A DNA stretch of 63,442 nt, filler included, from Globobulimina sp. (GCA_003354225.1; 32 parts of 32 records of this genome joined end to end with filler, not necessarily neighbours in it); one strand, 5' to 3'. Numbered from the whole stretch's first letter, positions 35,531 to 48,180 are shown. Notes: generated by a model not told the origin, from the sequence alone. Numbers and translations are program-made.

Positions 35531-35755
35531 AATAACATAGTCGTTATTTTTCTGAACATATCCTTGCATTCAAACCAATATAAACACATCAACTTAATAC
35601 TATTATGCAATCATGGGATAAACAAAAAACATAAAAATACATAACGTCGCATAATNNNNNNNNNNNNNNNNNNNNNNNNNNNNNNNNNNNNNNNNNNNNT
35701 TAATTAATTAANNNNNNNNNNNNNNNNNNNNNNNNNNNNNNNNNNNNNNNNNNNN

Positions 35756-36774
35756 GAAAGGACCCAGTCCCAATAGCTGCCGCGCCATCGCTGGTCGTGG
35801 TCTTCGCCCTGGTCGGTTTCGATATGTTTTGCCGCATCAAATCTATATTCGTCACAGGTTAGGATACCGCCACAAATATAATCCGCGACTTCAGTCGTCG
35901 TCATATCGATCACTCCGTTTATTAAACCATTGTCAATTAAATATTCCATGCACTTCCCACCAGTTCCAGTCGCATGAAACACCAAAATGTCAATATTATC
36001 CACACCATATTTCAAATATAATTTCTTTTTCACAAATTCTACGCATTGTGTGGTGATGCCAAACATTGTAATTCCAATGCTAAATTTGCTTGATTTGGGT
36101 TTAGAATATAATGATTCCATTCGATTTAAAGCATAATTCATTGACATCCCAACCACGGCACACGCAGCGTTTTCGGCGATGATTTTATAGATCTGACTGA
36201 CACCGCAAATATCCACAATGGATGGCATTAATATTAAATCCGAACAAGAGATGAATTTACTGGCCATTGCTGATGCCGCCACTGTGGATATAATGATTTT
36301 CGGTAAGCCGATTGGTAAATTCTTTGTAAATAATGAGGAGGCAATGGCTGTGCCACAACTCCCACCGACTGCTATCACTCCACATATTAAACCCTTTTTG
36401 TACTGTGACTCAACGAATTGATGGGTTGCTCTGCTCACTGCTTCAATAGATTCACTTCGATCTAATTCACTTATCACATCCCAATTTTTTACAATATCAC
36501 GACAGGTAAAATCGACATAAAACTGGCAATCATTTGCGTTAAATTCATCTGAATATGTTATGCATTTTGAGCAGGAAATGTCAATTAATTTTATTCCTGT
36601 ATTGGATAATGACGGTTCGCTCCATTTACATAATTTATTGGAGATTAATAAAGATAAATATTCAATTTCTTCTGCTTTTGTATCAAAAGTACCAAATATG
36701 TAAATTGATACATTCGTATTTAATATTCCTTCAGCATCCAACGATGCTTTCTTTTCCTCCAACAACTCTTGCAT
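35756..36774 (-). CDS. Tm-1/UPF0261 family ATP-binding protein, 3' truncated (chimeric end below ~35830)
   Basis: GTFDTKAEE, GGSCGT, LPIGLPKIIIST, ITMFGITTQCV, FHATGTGG and DMTTTEVAD. Confidence 0.9.
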
Positions 36775-36870
36775 TTGAGGAGGAGTCCGACTGCAGTACT
36801 CAATTAAAAAAAAACTTAATAAAGTTGTGAAATTAATAAAAAAAGCGATCTCGTTTCGAAATTAAAAGTA

Positions 36871-37640
36871 TTATTCATATACAGGGTCAATAGGCACAGA
36901 ACCATATGATGGTTTCATCATTCTTTTATTCACCTTATTGTTTATCATATACTTGCTATCGACATGCGGGAAACTATGTATTTTCAGTGATAATTTAGAG
37001 CCAAACGATTTCATTCTATAATCTCCAAATCTGCATAAACAAATACATGATTGTTTAAATAGTCCCATATCACATATTCGCCCACCTAAAAATGTGGGAC
37101 AAAATGCATTTTTCCCTTCCATATATCGATAATACTCCTCACCATAATGATATAATAACGATCTCTCAATGCTGACGATATACAATAATTCCACTGCAAC
37201 AAATGAGGCAAATGCTACAAATTCAAACCATGCGCCAGTCGCCACAAAATATCCAACTTCCCAACAAAGCATAATGGGAACAAGTGGATGTCTGACATAT
37301 TTGAATGGTCCTAAACTAATTAATTTTTTATTAATCACCTTTTCATCTTTGATTGCTGCGTCAATTGTTTTTGTTTTTAATTCGACAATACGCACTTTTA
37401 TCCGATGCATATTAATATCATTGTCAATCCACGGCGATTGCAGTCCGAAATGTAAATGGTATTCAAGCCAAATAAATAAACCATTGCCAATGTATAATAA
37501 ACAGATACCAATATAATATATAACATTTTGTGCATCTGCGTCATCAAACGCATAGAGTTCGAAGTCAATGTATGTCCATTTATAACCTATATTACATTTA
37601 TCAAATATTGCAAATGTACGGGAAACAAACGAGTGGCACA
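36871..37640 (-). CDS. ICMT/phospholipid methyltransferase-like membrane protein, 5' partial
   Basis: KLISLGPFKYVRHP...E..L...YGEEY..Y. Confidence 0.7.
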
Positions 37641-37740
37641 NNNNNNNNNNNNNNNNNNNNNNNNNNNNNNNNNNNNNNNNNNNNTTAATTAATTAANNNN
37701 NNNNNNNNNNNNNNNNNNNNNNNNNNNNNNNNNNNNNNNN

Positions 37741-38202
37741 TTTTTCCAACCCTAATTTAGGATTTTTGTTCATAACTTTTTTCTGATACAATCTACTGTC
37801 AACAAACCATTGACTAAACAATTGATGACCTTTATCATCCCAATCTAAAAGTTTTAAAACACCTTCAAATTCTTCTCTAATTGATTTTTGAATTTTTTCG
37901 GACATTTCTGTTTTTTCAGTATTAATATCAACTGATTCATCATTTTCAACAACAACAGCATCATTTTCAATTTCATCTAATGCCTCACCAATTTCATAAT
38001 TCATCGCCATATTTCTATATGTAAGAATTAAATCTTTTGCGCTGGTAAATTCTGTGTTATATAATGAAATATATTCAAGAGAAGTTCCTACATCTACTAT
38101 TCGTGTTTCAGGTTCTTTCTCAGGAATTAATGGCTTTTGTTCCGTGTTTTCTTTTTCTTCATCATCAATCTTTGTTTTCCACGGCATTAACTTATCAAAC
38201 AT
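37741..38202 (-). CDS. gp20: T4-like phage portal protein gp20, N-terminal part
   Basis: LILTYRNMA...EIGEALDEIENDAVV...IREEF..VLKLL...QWFVDSRLY.KKV..KNPK.G matches the T4-type portal pattern. Confidence 0.85.
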
Positions 38203-38763
38203 TTATTTTTTTCCTTTTCTTACACTTTTCATATAAGCGTATACATTTCGTTGATTCATTCTAATTGCTGAAGCTACACCCATTTTTTTGAATGATCTTG
38301 GAACTTTTCTTAATGCATCAACATAATCTGACATTTCAAGAGCATACACATTACCTGAAATTCTATTCAATAAATATGATTTTAAAGCTACCATATAATA
38401 AACTTTTGGTAATTTTGCTGCTTTGATTGCTGCTTTAACATCACTATATTTTATTGCTCTTTTTTTATTTTTTGATTTTCTTTCCAAATCTTTTGCTATT
38501 TGTATGGCTCGGGTGTAAGGGACATGTGATAAATTCAACCCAAGAATGCGACCCTTTCCTTGTCTGGCAACAATTAAAATTATTGGATTAGGATCCCAAT
38601 ATGGAAGTGTCGATTTAGTTTTTGGCTGCGGGTAGTTAAAGATATATCCATTAGATAATAATGCCTTACTTGGTTTTGACAAATCTCTTCCTTTCAAAAC
38701 TTTTATATATTTGTCGCCTGTTATGTCATTAACGATGCCTTTTATCTTGCGGTTTAAAGCCAT
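38203..38763 (-). CDS. gp2: T4-like phage DNA end protector protein gp2
   Basis: YIFNY.QPKTKSTLPYWD..P.I...GLNLSHVP, with an AAGGA Shine-Dalgarno upstream. Confidence 0.75.
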   Translation of the reverse strand: MALNRKIKGIVNDITGDKYIKVLKGRDLSKPSKALLSNGYIFNYPQPKTKSTLPYWDPNPIILIVARQGKGRILGLNLSHVPYTRAIQIAKDLERKSKNKKRAIKYSDVKAAIKAAKLPKVYYMVALKSYLLNRISGNVYALEMSDYVDALRKVPRSFKKMGVASAIRMNQRNVYAYMKSVRKGKK

Positions 38764-38772
38764 TTAATTTCC

Positions 38773-39372
38773 TTATATTAAATCATTTTTTATTAAATAA
38801 CTGTAGGCAGATGAATCAGTAGAACACAACCAATTAACATTATTCCGCTCTTCAATATATCTCGATAATACAGCATTGTTAAAATTTTTATACGATCCAA
38901 TATATTTTGTTTTTTTATTAATTGTGATAGATGAAACCCATTTATTATATATTTTATCTTTATAAACTCCAGTGACACCCGAAGTATTTGTTGATTTTAC
39001 ACATCTATTTTGACAATTACATACACCAGTTACATGTCTTAAATTGTTCCATTTATTATTTGAAGGATCTCTATCTATATGATCTATTTCATATTCGGGA
39101 AAATATCCTTCCATATATAACCATGATAACCTATGAACTTTATATTGTTTACTATTCACAAAAATATTAATATTTTTATTTTTCTTATTAAAACTACCTG
39201 CTTGTTTATCAGCAAATCTATTATTCCACCATTTACATAAATGTTGCGATGTTCTTTTCTTTGTTGCTTTAAAATGATGAACTGGTCTTTCTTTCCAAAA
39301 ACATAAACCAGTTAAAGGATAATAAGTTAAACATTCTAATAAATATTCCTGTGTTAATTTTTCTTTTGACAT
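38773..39372 (-). CDS. Free-standing HNH homing endonuclease with AP2 domain
   Basis: HRLSW...IDHIDRDPSNNKWNNLR, then NTSGVTGV...KW.S.I......YIGSY. AAAGGA Shine-Dalgarno. Confidence 0.9.
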   Translation of the reverse strand: MSKEKLTQEYLLECLTYYPLTGLCFWKERPVHHFKATKKRTSQHLCKWWNNRFADKQAGSFNKKNKNINIFVNSKQYKVHRLSWLYMEGYFPEYEIDHIDRDPSNNKWNNLRHVTGVCNCQNRCVKSTNTSGVTGVYKDKIYNKWVSSITINKKTKYIGSYKNFNNAVLSRYIEERNNVNWLCSTDSSAYSYLIKNDLI

Positions 39373-39500
39373 TCTGATTCCTTTGTTGTAAATTACATTG
39401 AAGAATATGTTTAATAACTTTCCTTTGAGTTATTAGATTTTAAAATATTAGCCGTATTTTAAAATCGCATATTCTTTTTTATTTTTATTTACATTAACTG

Positions 39501-39529
39501 TTGACACGTTTATTTTTGTATGTTAATGT
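39501..39529 (+). promoter_or_regulatory. Sigma70-like promoter for a divergent phage gene starting at 39573
   Basis: TTGACA-17 bp-TAATGT with an extended TG, then an AGGAGA Shine-Dalgarno and ATG at 39573. Confidence 0.5.
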
Positions 39530-39537
39530 TATTTATA
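39530..39537 (-). promoter_or_regulatory. T4-type late promoter TATAAATA
   Basis: Exact gp55 consensus on the strand of the late genes, about 160 bp upstream of the HNH gene. The region is AT-rich, so a chance match is possible. Confidence 0.55.
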
Positions 39538-39725
39538 GATTAACAAAACATTAATTAATAGGAGACATTACTATGAGTTTTGATCAAGAAGTGATTTTAG
39601 TTTTTGTTGTATATTTTGTTTCGGGNNNNNNNNNNNNNNNNNNNNNNNNNNNNNNNNNNNNNNNNNNNNTTAATTAATTAANNNNNNNNNNNNNNNNNNN
39701 NNNNNNNNNNNNNNNNNNNNNNNNN

Positions 39726-40177
39726 GGGATGATATATTGAGACATATTTGTGTAATTGTCCCAAGTGGGAATCACTGAGGTCGAATTGTATGAGTCGAGA
39801 TAAATTGTCCACGTCAATATCCATTGCTGGGTCCATTCAATATATTTATTGGTTGTGACGATTTGATTCCCAGTTTTGGTGGATGTAAATGTGAACCATG
39901 TCCCTGCAGCGAGATGTATTTCGGTGGCATTTGGAGCAAATGAGAGTGTTTGATTTAAGAAATGGTACATGTCATCATAACAGAGTGGATATGATGAGTT
40001 TGAGCCATGTCCAGCTTCGTTAAATGTTTGATTGATTTGTAATGCAAATGTTTCATTGCTTTCGACGTAATCTTTCAATGCTTCGACGATTGGAGCATAT
40101 GTATCGATATCAGACGCACTTATTACTGTTGAAAGCAACACAGTGAACACACACTTCACAAAACAAAGTGACATCAT
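39726..40177 (-). CDS. Secreted protein resembling a phosphatidylserine decarboxylase N-terminal region, 3' partial
   Basis: Signal peptide, then W...W...W..YLDS..S..VI..W. Confidence 0.4.
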
Positions 40178-40325
40178 CCGCAGTGAACTACGTACAACTC
40201 ATTGTCTAAGTAATCTTTGCGGGCGTATTAACTCATATTTATGCGATATATTCGGACCAAAACATTTATAAAAACGCTCAAATCTATAAATCAAAAAAAT
40301 TGTTAAACTTAATGTACACAAACAT

Positions 40326-41610
40326 TTATCTTCCTTTTGGTTTATGTTTTCCTTTGAATAGATGCATCGGCATAAGATTATCGATCCGGCGATCAGATTC
40401 ATGCACTTTTCCCCGTCTATGCAATGCAGTGATTGCTTTACGTTTCAATTTCTGCGCCTTTTCAGATGCACTAATCGACGATATTCCCTTTGATGGTGGT
40501 CTCGATCGAGCATCTCTTGATTTTGACCGCCGTCTGGATACACTCCTTGTGCCCACAGCGGATCTCGACCGCGATTGCCTCCTCGCAATCTCTTGGAAAT
40601 CCAATCCACTCTGTTTGCTCGTTACTGGCTCGAGCTCCTTTGATTTTATTTGTGATTTCTTTCTGTATCGCGACCTTCCTCTCCGATGATACATCGAGTC
40701 GTCTTTTTTCATTTCTTCCTCCTTCAATGTCTTCCGGATTTTATGCGTTTTTATCCCCAAATCTTCCAACTTATCCTTCAATTTCTTGACCGATATTTTT
40801 TGATCAGGTCTCGGAATTTGCGGTCGCGAATCGCGCATTTTCGTGATATGCGCGGACTCCTTTCGCATCAAAGTATGTTTGCGCAAAATGTATAGATTCA
40901 ATAAGTTATCATCTTCGTTCAATTCGCTTCGAGGATCATAGTGATCCACGACATCGATATTCATTTCTTCCTTTTCTAACTCATCTAAGTCCGCAGCGAT
41001 ATTCGGTTGATAGAAATCTGCGATGTTTTTGCCATTATAAAATTGCGGGATTGGGTCAAATTTCCATTCATCGTTTTTCAAATCCCAATGTTGCCGCGTA
41101 TCGAAATTAAAAACACCGGGACCACCCGCTTCGGCTTCGATTTGTTTGATCGTTTTACCAGTAACACCCTTTACATATTACACAAAAAAAATATTTATAT
41201 TTTTCACACTTTTTTGACAAAAAAATATCGCCTGTTTTCAGAAACGAACGTTTTCAAAAACACCCGTTTCCAGAAACGTTATATACAAAAAAAATAATGC
41301 ATACCTTGGACTTTTTTGGTATGGTGATTTCCCGGATTTTATTGTCTCGCTTTACCGGTTTGGCCACAAACAAGCGATGTTCGATCGCCTTTAATTTGGC
41401 TTCGCCGCCTTTGGCCGTCTTGATTTCGATTCTATGCGACAGCAACATGTCACATGCTTCGTTTCTGACATTCATCACATTCTCGCCGGATTCCGCACTC
41501 ATTGTTAATATCTTCTTATTCAACTTGGAAATGAGATTTTTCTCCTGATTTGATAACGAATCAAACGAACGCAAATCAGTTTTATTACATACAATAATAC
41601 ACGGTTTCTG
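40326..41610 (-). CDS. NOG1: Nucleolar GTP-binding protein 1, C-terminal half, spliced
   Basis: VRNEACDMLL..R, HRLFVAKPVKRD, EWKFDPIPQFYNGKNIADF (NOGCT) and ESDRRI...MP.HLF.GK. Confidence 0.9.
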
Positions 41611-41710
41611 NNNNNNNNNNNNNNNNNNNNNNNNNNNNNNNNNNNNNNNNNNNNTTAATTAATTAANNNNNNNNNNNNNNNNNNNNNNNNNNNNNNNNNN
41701 NNNNNNNNNN

Positions 41711-43429
41711 ATTTTAATATCATTCTCCTTCTCCTTCTCCTCCTCCTCCTCATTCTCGTCCTCTTTGTCATCCTCATCCCAAATTGTCTCAATTATGCCC
41801 CAATCAATTTCATCATCACTGAGTTCCGCATGTTTTTTAGTATTACTTTTCGCGAAATGCTTCAATCGATTCGAACTAAACGGTTCGAGCGTTGCCGATG
41901 TTTCTTGTTTCTCTTCTTCAATATTTTGCTCGTGTCCTTCCAAACCACTCTGTTCTAATTCTTCTTCAATATGTTCCAAACCGAACTCAACAGTCAATAG
42001 CTGATATTTCAACGGAGGATTACTTTTATAAACCAATATCTCACAAATCCGACCACCGCCAATCTTGACTTTTATTCTATATTTCATATCGCAGACCTTT
42101 TCAATGCACGTTGTCTCCTTATTCGATGCAGTTTTTTTGATTTCAAGTTGATAGCTTTCAACTGTCTTCGATGTGCATCTGCCACTCAACACAGCATAAC
42201 ATTCGATCTTGTCAACTTTCTGTATTTCTGCTTGTTCAGTCACGTCCACTTTAACTTTATTTGCAATCTCTTGAATCTGAGGTAACTGCGATTGCTCAAA
42301 ATCTGTGGTAACTAAATCAGAATCATGTTCTTCCAATGTCTCCTCAATTATTCTTTTACTCACATTACCACAGTTACCCATATTCAATAAAACATCCGTT
42401 GCATGGTTTATATCGCCCCAACATTGCTCCATCAGCACAATTCGAATAACTTCCACATCAATATCAGGAAACATACAATGCAAATTATTCACTGCATTGT
42501 TAATATTCACATCATTCCCCTTCACCATAGCTTCGATATCTACACTTTCTTCGATTTGCTGTGGGAAAACATGATCCAACGCATATGTATTTAGTAGATG
42601 CACAATTCGATTATAATCTTCATTTGCAGGCATTCGAATGCATCCTGATAATATTTCAGCGCATTTCACACCATTCACATGATAAAATCTCTCGTTATAT
42701 TTTGGCAGTACGGCTATTATCTTACCTTTTAATTCTAACCCACCATATAAGCCCTCAGTGTGTGAATATGAGAAAATTGCAGAGACTCCGCCATCGCCAA
42801 CACCAACAGTGACATCAGCGTCGCGTCCAACTGGTCCCAAAGCAACATGTATTTCTCCACCTAACCGTAACTGCCCAGAACCGGTGAATTGTTTAACTGC
42901 AAAATCATCAGTAAGGACAAATAAATAGTCAACCTTAGCACCACCAGCTAAAAAACCTTTATGTAACATGATTGAAATAGAAAATGTAGAAACATGTAAT
43001 ATATATCAAACCAAATGATAAGCCAGCAACACCAATGGCACTTGGCGGTGACCAGCCAGTGGTATTTGCTGGTTCTCGGACAATAACACAGCCACAACCA
43101 ATATTGGCAGCAAATAAAAATCCAGCTTTAATACAGCTTAAAAAAACAATTCCTTTCGCGTTTTTCAATATTTTTTTTGGAATTAATTTGTCTTTCGCTA
43201 ACACGTTGGGGTTTACATACTGCTCTAATGACCTTATAATTCAATTTAGTTTATTTTGGAGTTACGTAACTTACGTTGTATGAATAATATTATATACATA
43301 CTTTCTGGCTGCTTTTAATGCACCTTGCAATGATAAACGTTTTGTTGACTTTGGATGAGATCCATATTTCTCTTCAAATTCTTCATCTTTTTCTTCTGAC
43401 AACAACTTCAAATCTGGTTGTTGTGCCAT
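41711..43429 (-). CDS. SYLF/Ysc84 domain + CUE + degenerate stefin-like domain protein, spliced, 3' partial
   Basis: IPKKILKNAKG...KAGFLF...G.G.V...WSPPSAI and SYSHTEGLYGG.EL.G (SYLF). CUE motif LHCMFPDIDVEVI..VL....GDI..A.D.LL. Confidence 0.8.
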
Positions 43430-43811
43430 TTATATATTGAATCAGTAGGGGGCGGTGAAAAAAACAAGTTAATAAAATAGATCATTCTTGACTGTATGTG
43501 AAACAGTGAAAGAATTTACCATTGGAATTCCTTTAATTTCGTTGAATGACAGATTATCAAGCGATTCCTGAGAGAATCCTACGGCAAAAAACATCNNNNN
43601 NNNNNNNNNNNNNNNNNNNNNNNNNNNNNNNNNNNNNNNTTAATTAATTAANNNNNNNNNNNNNNNNNNNNNNNNNNNNNNNNNNNNNNNNNNNNGAGTG
43701 GAAGATATTGAAAAAAAAAGTACATAAAAAAAAAAGAAATCAATTCCCAACTAACTATATAACATATTCCAACAACAACAAAAATACTAACATCTAAATA
43801 ATTATTTATTT

Positions 43812-45580
43812 TTACACAGCAATTTTTTTCCTTGTTTTTTTCTTGCGTTTTGATTTTGCATTATTCGTTTTTATACTCGTAATCTTATTCAACTCCGCAT
43901 CGGTTCCCGACAACACAACCTTCGCTTTTGTCACCTTCACCTTCCCCGAGCCAGCCCCGCCAATTACTTTTCCTTCCTTTTCTTCCTTTTCCTCCTTTTT
44001 TTCCTCATAACTTTTATTGGAGCCCATGCTTTGTTCTTTGATTGCTTTCAATGTCGGCATCGTGTTGGCGTTCAACATCAAAGCCAACTGATCCACGCCG
44101 GATAGATTGCCATGGGTCGCTTTGATATAACTGATAACGGGCGTGACTGCCTTATTATTTTTGGTGGCATCGCGGCCATCTTTCTTCTCCTCGTCCGGCC
44201 GGAATGGCGCCTGCGACTCGCGCCGATTCCCGCTTTTATTCAGAGACACTCCACATTCATTCAACATGTCTTCCTGTTCTTGTTTCCTCTCATTCTCATT
44301 GATGATGGTGATGCATTTATTGATGATATCTGCATTTTTCTTGATTTTCTTCTTAAAATACGCGTCATCCAACACAGAATGCAGCGGAATGTCACATAAT
44401 TTGCAATTCGTCGCCGGATTGCAAATGGAACGCATGATTTTCAAGAAGCCCTTAAACGAACATTTATTGTCTTCGATCGAGATGATTCGCAAATTATTGT
44501 TGGTTTTCAAAGAGTTTGCAATGATTTTACAGCCATCGTCTTTGATGCGATTGCCGTCCAAATACAAATATTGCAATTTGCATTCCGCCGCGGATATAAA
44601 CTGTAATAACGGCAATAAATCCTCGTAGGTTAAGTACAAATTATTGGCCCAATCGCCGCAAATGGATAAACTGTTCAATTTATCTAATTTTTCAATGGCC
44701 ACACATAACGATGTTATCATTGAGGCGTAGAAACCCTTTTTGCTTTTATTTAGTCTCAAATTAAAGTCTAAATTTAGGTGTTGTAAGCAATAAAAATTAG
44801 CGATGTAGGATTCGCACACAATGTCAAAGACGGGGCCTAGGTCATTGCGCGACAAATCTATGGATTGGATGCCGTTGCAATCATTCTTCTGTTGCTGCGC
44901 AAAGCGGATTGTATTGGATAAGGCCTTTAAATATTCATTGTTGGATCCAAAACCGACGTCGCAAAGCACCAATTCTATGTAAATATTCTTAAATGCTGCG
45001 CGAAATGGACCAAATAATATCTCTTGCAACATCTATGTGTAACGTCGACATGAGGGAAAAAACAGTTTTTTTGAGTCAGTCACGCTAAAATCATGTCGCA
45101 CTTAACTTGATAATCCATATTTTTAATATTTGAGAGGTCAATCTTGATTGCAGGACACACGGTATTTTGCAAAATCTGCCCAATCGCGACTGCACCGTAA
45201 TGTGTCATGATATTGCCACTTAAATCTAAAAAGGATAACAACTCCTTGTAATTATACTTATCATTTTGTAATAAGTCCTGCAAAAAATTCAACTGTAACT
45301 GGCATCCTTTCAACAACAACGACTCCACAAATTCAATCTTCTTACAAAACTGCGACAATTTATACGTAATAATGCTGTCATTGCCCAAATTATTAAAGCT
45401 CAAATCAATTTTCTCCAAATATTTATAATTGATCACCGCCGAAATAATCTCTGACAGCAAATCCCTGTTCAAATTACACCGCGATAAATATAATTTTTTC
45501 ACCGCCAAAACATTGCCATCCATACTCTCAAAAAAAGGCTCCGTCTCTTTCTCCTCACCTTTGCGATGCTTCTTTTTCTT
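43812..45580 (-). CDS. RI-like leucine-rich repeat protein (possibly CARMIL-related), spliced, 5' partial
   Basis: IDLSFNNLG, LDLSGN, IDLSRNDLG and LYLDGNRIKDDG repeats. Confidence 0.75.
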
Positions 45581-45930
45581 NNNNNNNNNNNNNNNNNNNN
45601 NNNNNNNNNNNNNNNNNNNNNNNNTTAATTAATTAANNNNNNNNNNNNNNNNNNNNNNNNNNNNNNNNNNNNNNNNNNNNGATATTGTTTGTTTTGATAT
45701 TTTATTATTTTTATTATGTATTTTGTTATTGTTTCAACACACAGTACATACCGTGTGTAAACTATGATGCTTTGCAAAAGTAAGAAACTAACGTATTGAA
45801 TTACAAAATAAGAATATAAATCATCTAAACCACAGGAAATATCTAGTAAACCAAAATGCGTAAATAAATAAATTAAGTAATCCCAATATTAAAGTCCAAG
45901 TAACAAGTTTTCAATCAGTCCGAACTAACC

Positions 45931-47004
45931 ATGGCATTGTGGCTATTTTGTTTATTATGCATGCGACTATCAAATGCAGTGATTAGTATTCAAGCTAAAA
46001 CATATATTTTGAATATATCGTTACCAGCAAGTGAATATTACGCACCAGTTTGTAAAGATAAAAAAGAGGATGCAATGAATGCATTTGGTGTAATGTTAGA
46101 TATGATTCCAACAGCATTGCAACCAGCCTTTGAAGCTGTTGCTATGTCATATTGGCGCAATGATATGACTGAACCGTATAAGAGTGAAATTGAATATTTT
46201 TCTCAATGCCTTGGCTTACCACTTAAGGACATCATTACTGTCAATTTAATTTATGATTTAGTCGCAATGTGTACCTCCATCGTTGCTGTCGACCCGAAAG
46301 GCAAAGTATACCATGGCCGCAATTTCGATTTTCCAACGGTTTTACGTAACGATACAGTAAATTTAATTTATGTGGATGCTCAAAATAAGACTTTGTATGA
46401 AATGGCCACTGCTGCGGGTTATGTCGGGGTACCATCGGGATTTAAACCAAATGCATTTGCAATTACTATGAATGAGCGATACGCATTGGAGGTGCCATGG
46501 GAAAACATATTGGATATAGAAAAGGGTTATTTTCCCGACGGTTGGTTGATTCGTGAAGCATTAATTCGAGACACTACATTTGATGAAGCTGTGGATAGAT
46601 TGAGTAACACCAAAATCATAGCTCCTATTTATTACATTATTGCGGGGATTGATAATTCAATGAATGGTGCCATTATTACACGAAACCAAACGGCGGTGAA
46701 TGGTCCATATGTAAATGGGATGGAGTACACAGCGCCGTTATTCTTGAAAGATTCCTCGAGTTATAGCCATGGATGGTATCTAATAGAGACAAATTATGAT
46801 TATTGGAAAGCTGCTGAAGATCCTCGACGCGAAGCTGCCATAAAAATGTTGGATGACATGGGTCAAGAAAATGTAAATTTTGATAATTTATTTACTATTT
46901 TAAGTACACCGCCGGTCTTAGCATCTGGAACTGTGTTTACTTCATTATATGCACCATCACAGCGCGATTATTATAATATAACCATTCGATATGACACGTC
47001 TTGA
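45931..47004 (+). CDS. NAAA: N-acylethanolamine acid amidase / acid ceramidase family Ntn-hydrolase, complete
   Basis: Signal peptide, autocatalytic CTSIVA...HGRNFDF, ITMNER and ETNYD.W. Confidence 0.9.
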   Translation: MALWLFCLLCMRLSNAVISIQAKTYILNISLPASEYYAPVCKDKKEDAMNAFGVMLDMIPTALQPAFEAVAMSYWRNDMTEPYKSEIEYFSQCLGLPLKDIITVNLIYDLVAMCTSIVAVDPKGKVYHGRNFDFPTVLRNDTVNLIYVDAQNKTLYEMATAAGYVGVPSGFKPNAFAITMNERYALEVPWENILDIEKGYFPDGWLIREALIRDTTFDEAVDRLSNTKIIAPIYYIIAGIDNSMNGAIITRNQTAVNGPYVNGMEYTAPLFLKDSSSYSHGWYLIETNYDYWKAAEDPRREAAIKMLDDMGQENVNFDNLFTILSTPPVLASGTVFTSLYAPSQRDYYNITIRYDTS

Positions 47005-47243
47005 CTCAAGTTGTATATAACTATACTAATACTATCCTATTATAAATACTAATTACGTTAATTAGAAAGTCCGGTTTTCGTTCTCAGAAACAATATAAAG
47101 CTTAGACTTAGAGTAGAAAAACTAAGAAAGCCATGGTATATCAACAATACTTTGCTTTTAGCATCATCTGTTTAGTATAGAATCTATATGATTTTAAATA
47201 AAAGCAATACATATAAATTAAAACAAATCAATATTGACGGACA

Positions 47244-47565
47244 GTGATTGCTGTATTATCTCAAACCAACAACAACAACAATAATAATAACAATATTAAT
47301 GTTGATTGTAAATGTCCAACACCTTCACCAACGACAACGACATCGACATCGACATCTATGATAACTTCAACAGATTCCAATAATGAAGCAATGCAAATTT
47401 GTAACTGTGATGAAAATTGTTCGGCATCATTAGTCGGTGGAATATTTATTGGATTTTTTGTATTGATAGTAATCGAAGCAATTATTATATTTTTATTGTA
47501 TTATTTTAAAGAATTTCAATTTTGTGTGAAACCAATAAAAAAAAGTGGTCAATATCAAGCTATGG
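47244..47565 (+). CDS. Small single-pass membrane protein exon
   Basis: T/S stalk, then TM GGIFIGFFVLIVIEAIIIFLLYYF. Confidence 0.45.
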
Positions 47566-48180
47566 NNNNNNNNNNNNNNNNNNNNNNNNNNNNNNNNNNN
47601 NNNNNNNNNTTAATTAATTAANNNNNNNNNNNNNNNNNNNNNNNNNNNNNNNNNNNNNNNNNNNNCATCATGCGGGTCATTGACGAACTTTCTCGAATTT
47701 GCCAAAATAATAAACCAGAATAAATAAAAAATTCTTGCATTCATCATGCCAATTATATTGGAACCGGCACTCAATCGATATCCTGTATAACTCAACAATT
47801 ATAGGCCGCAAATTAGATGTACACACATTAGGTTTCTCAATTATATATATATCGATTTATTGGTTATATTTGACAGATTGTGCTGCATATTCAAACATGA
47901 CACATGCATTCAAAAGCTGCACAATCTGCCAGTTGATTTTCTGTCTGATGGATACTATGATTCATGATTCACATACGAGAATTGGTTGAAGCTTCGGCAA
48001 TATACGGTGAGTGTTGAAGCTTGGTTGAAGATTTTCTACTAAGAATGCTGAGTGTTGATGATGTTGTAAACAAGATAAAGTTTGTGATCTATACAAATAA
48101 CAAATATTAATACATTACTTAACCGATGCAAATTAATATAATTAATATTTCAACATAGCCAACCATCATATCAGCGAGGA

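Noticed and set aside
35756-41610. Prophage or endogenous virus integrated among protist genes
   Set aside because: The phage genes occupy their own contig between linkers, with no host-phage junction.
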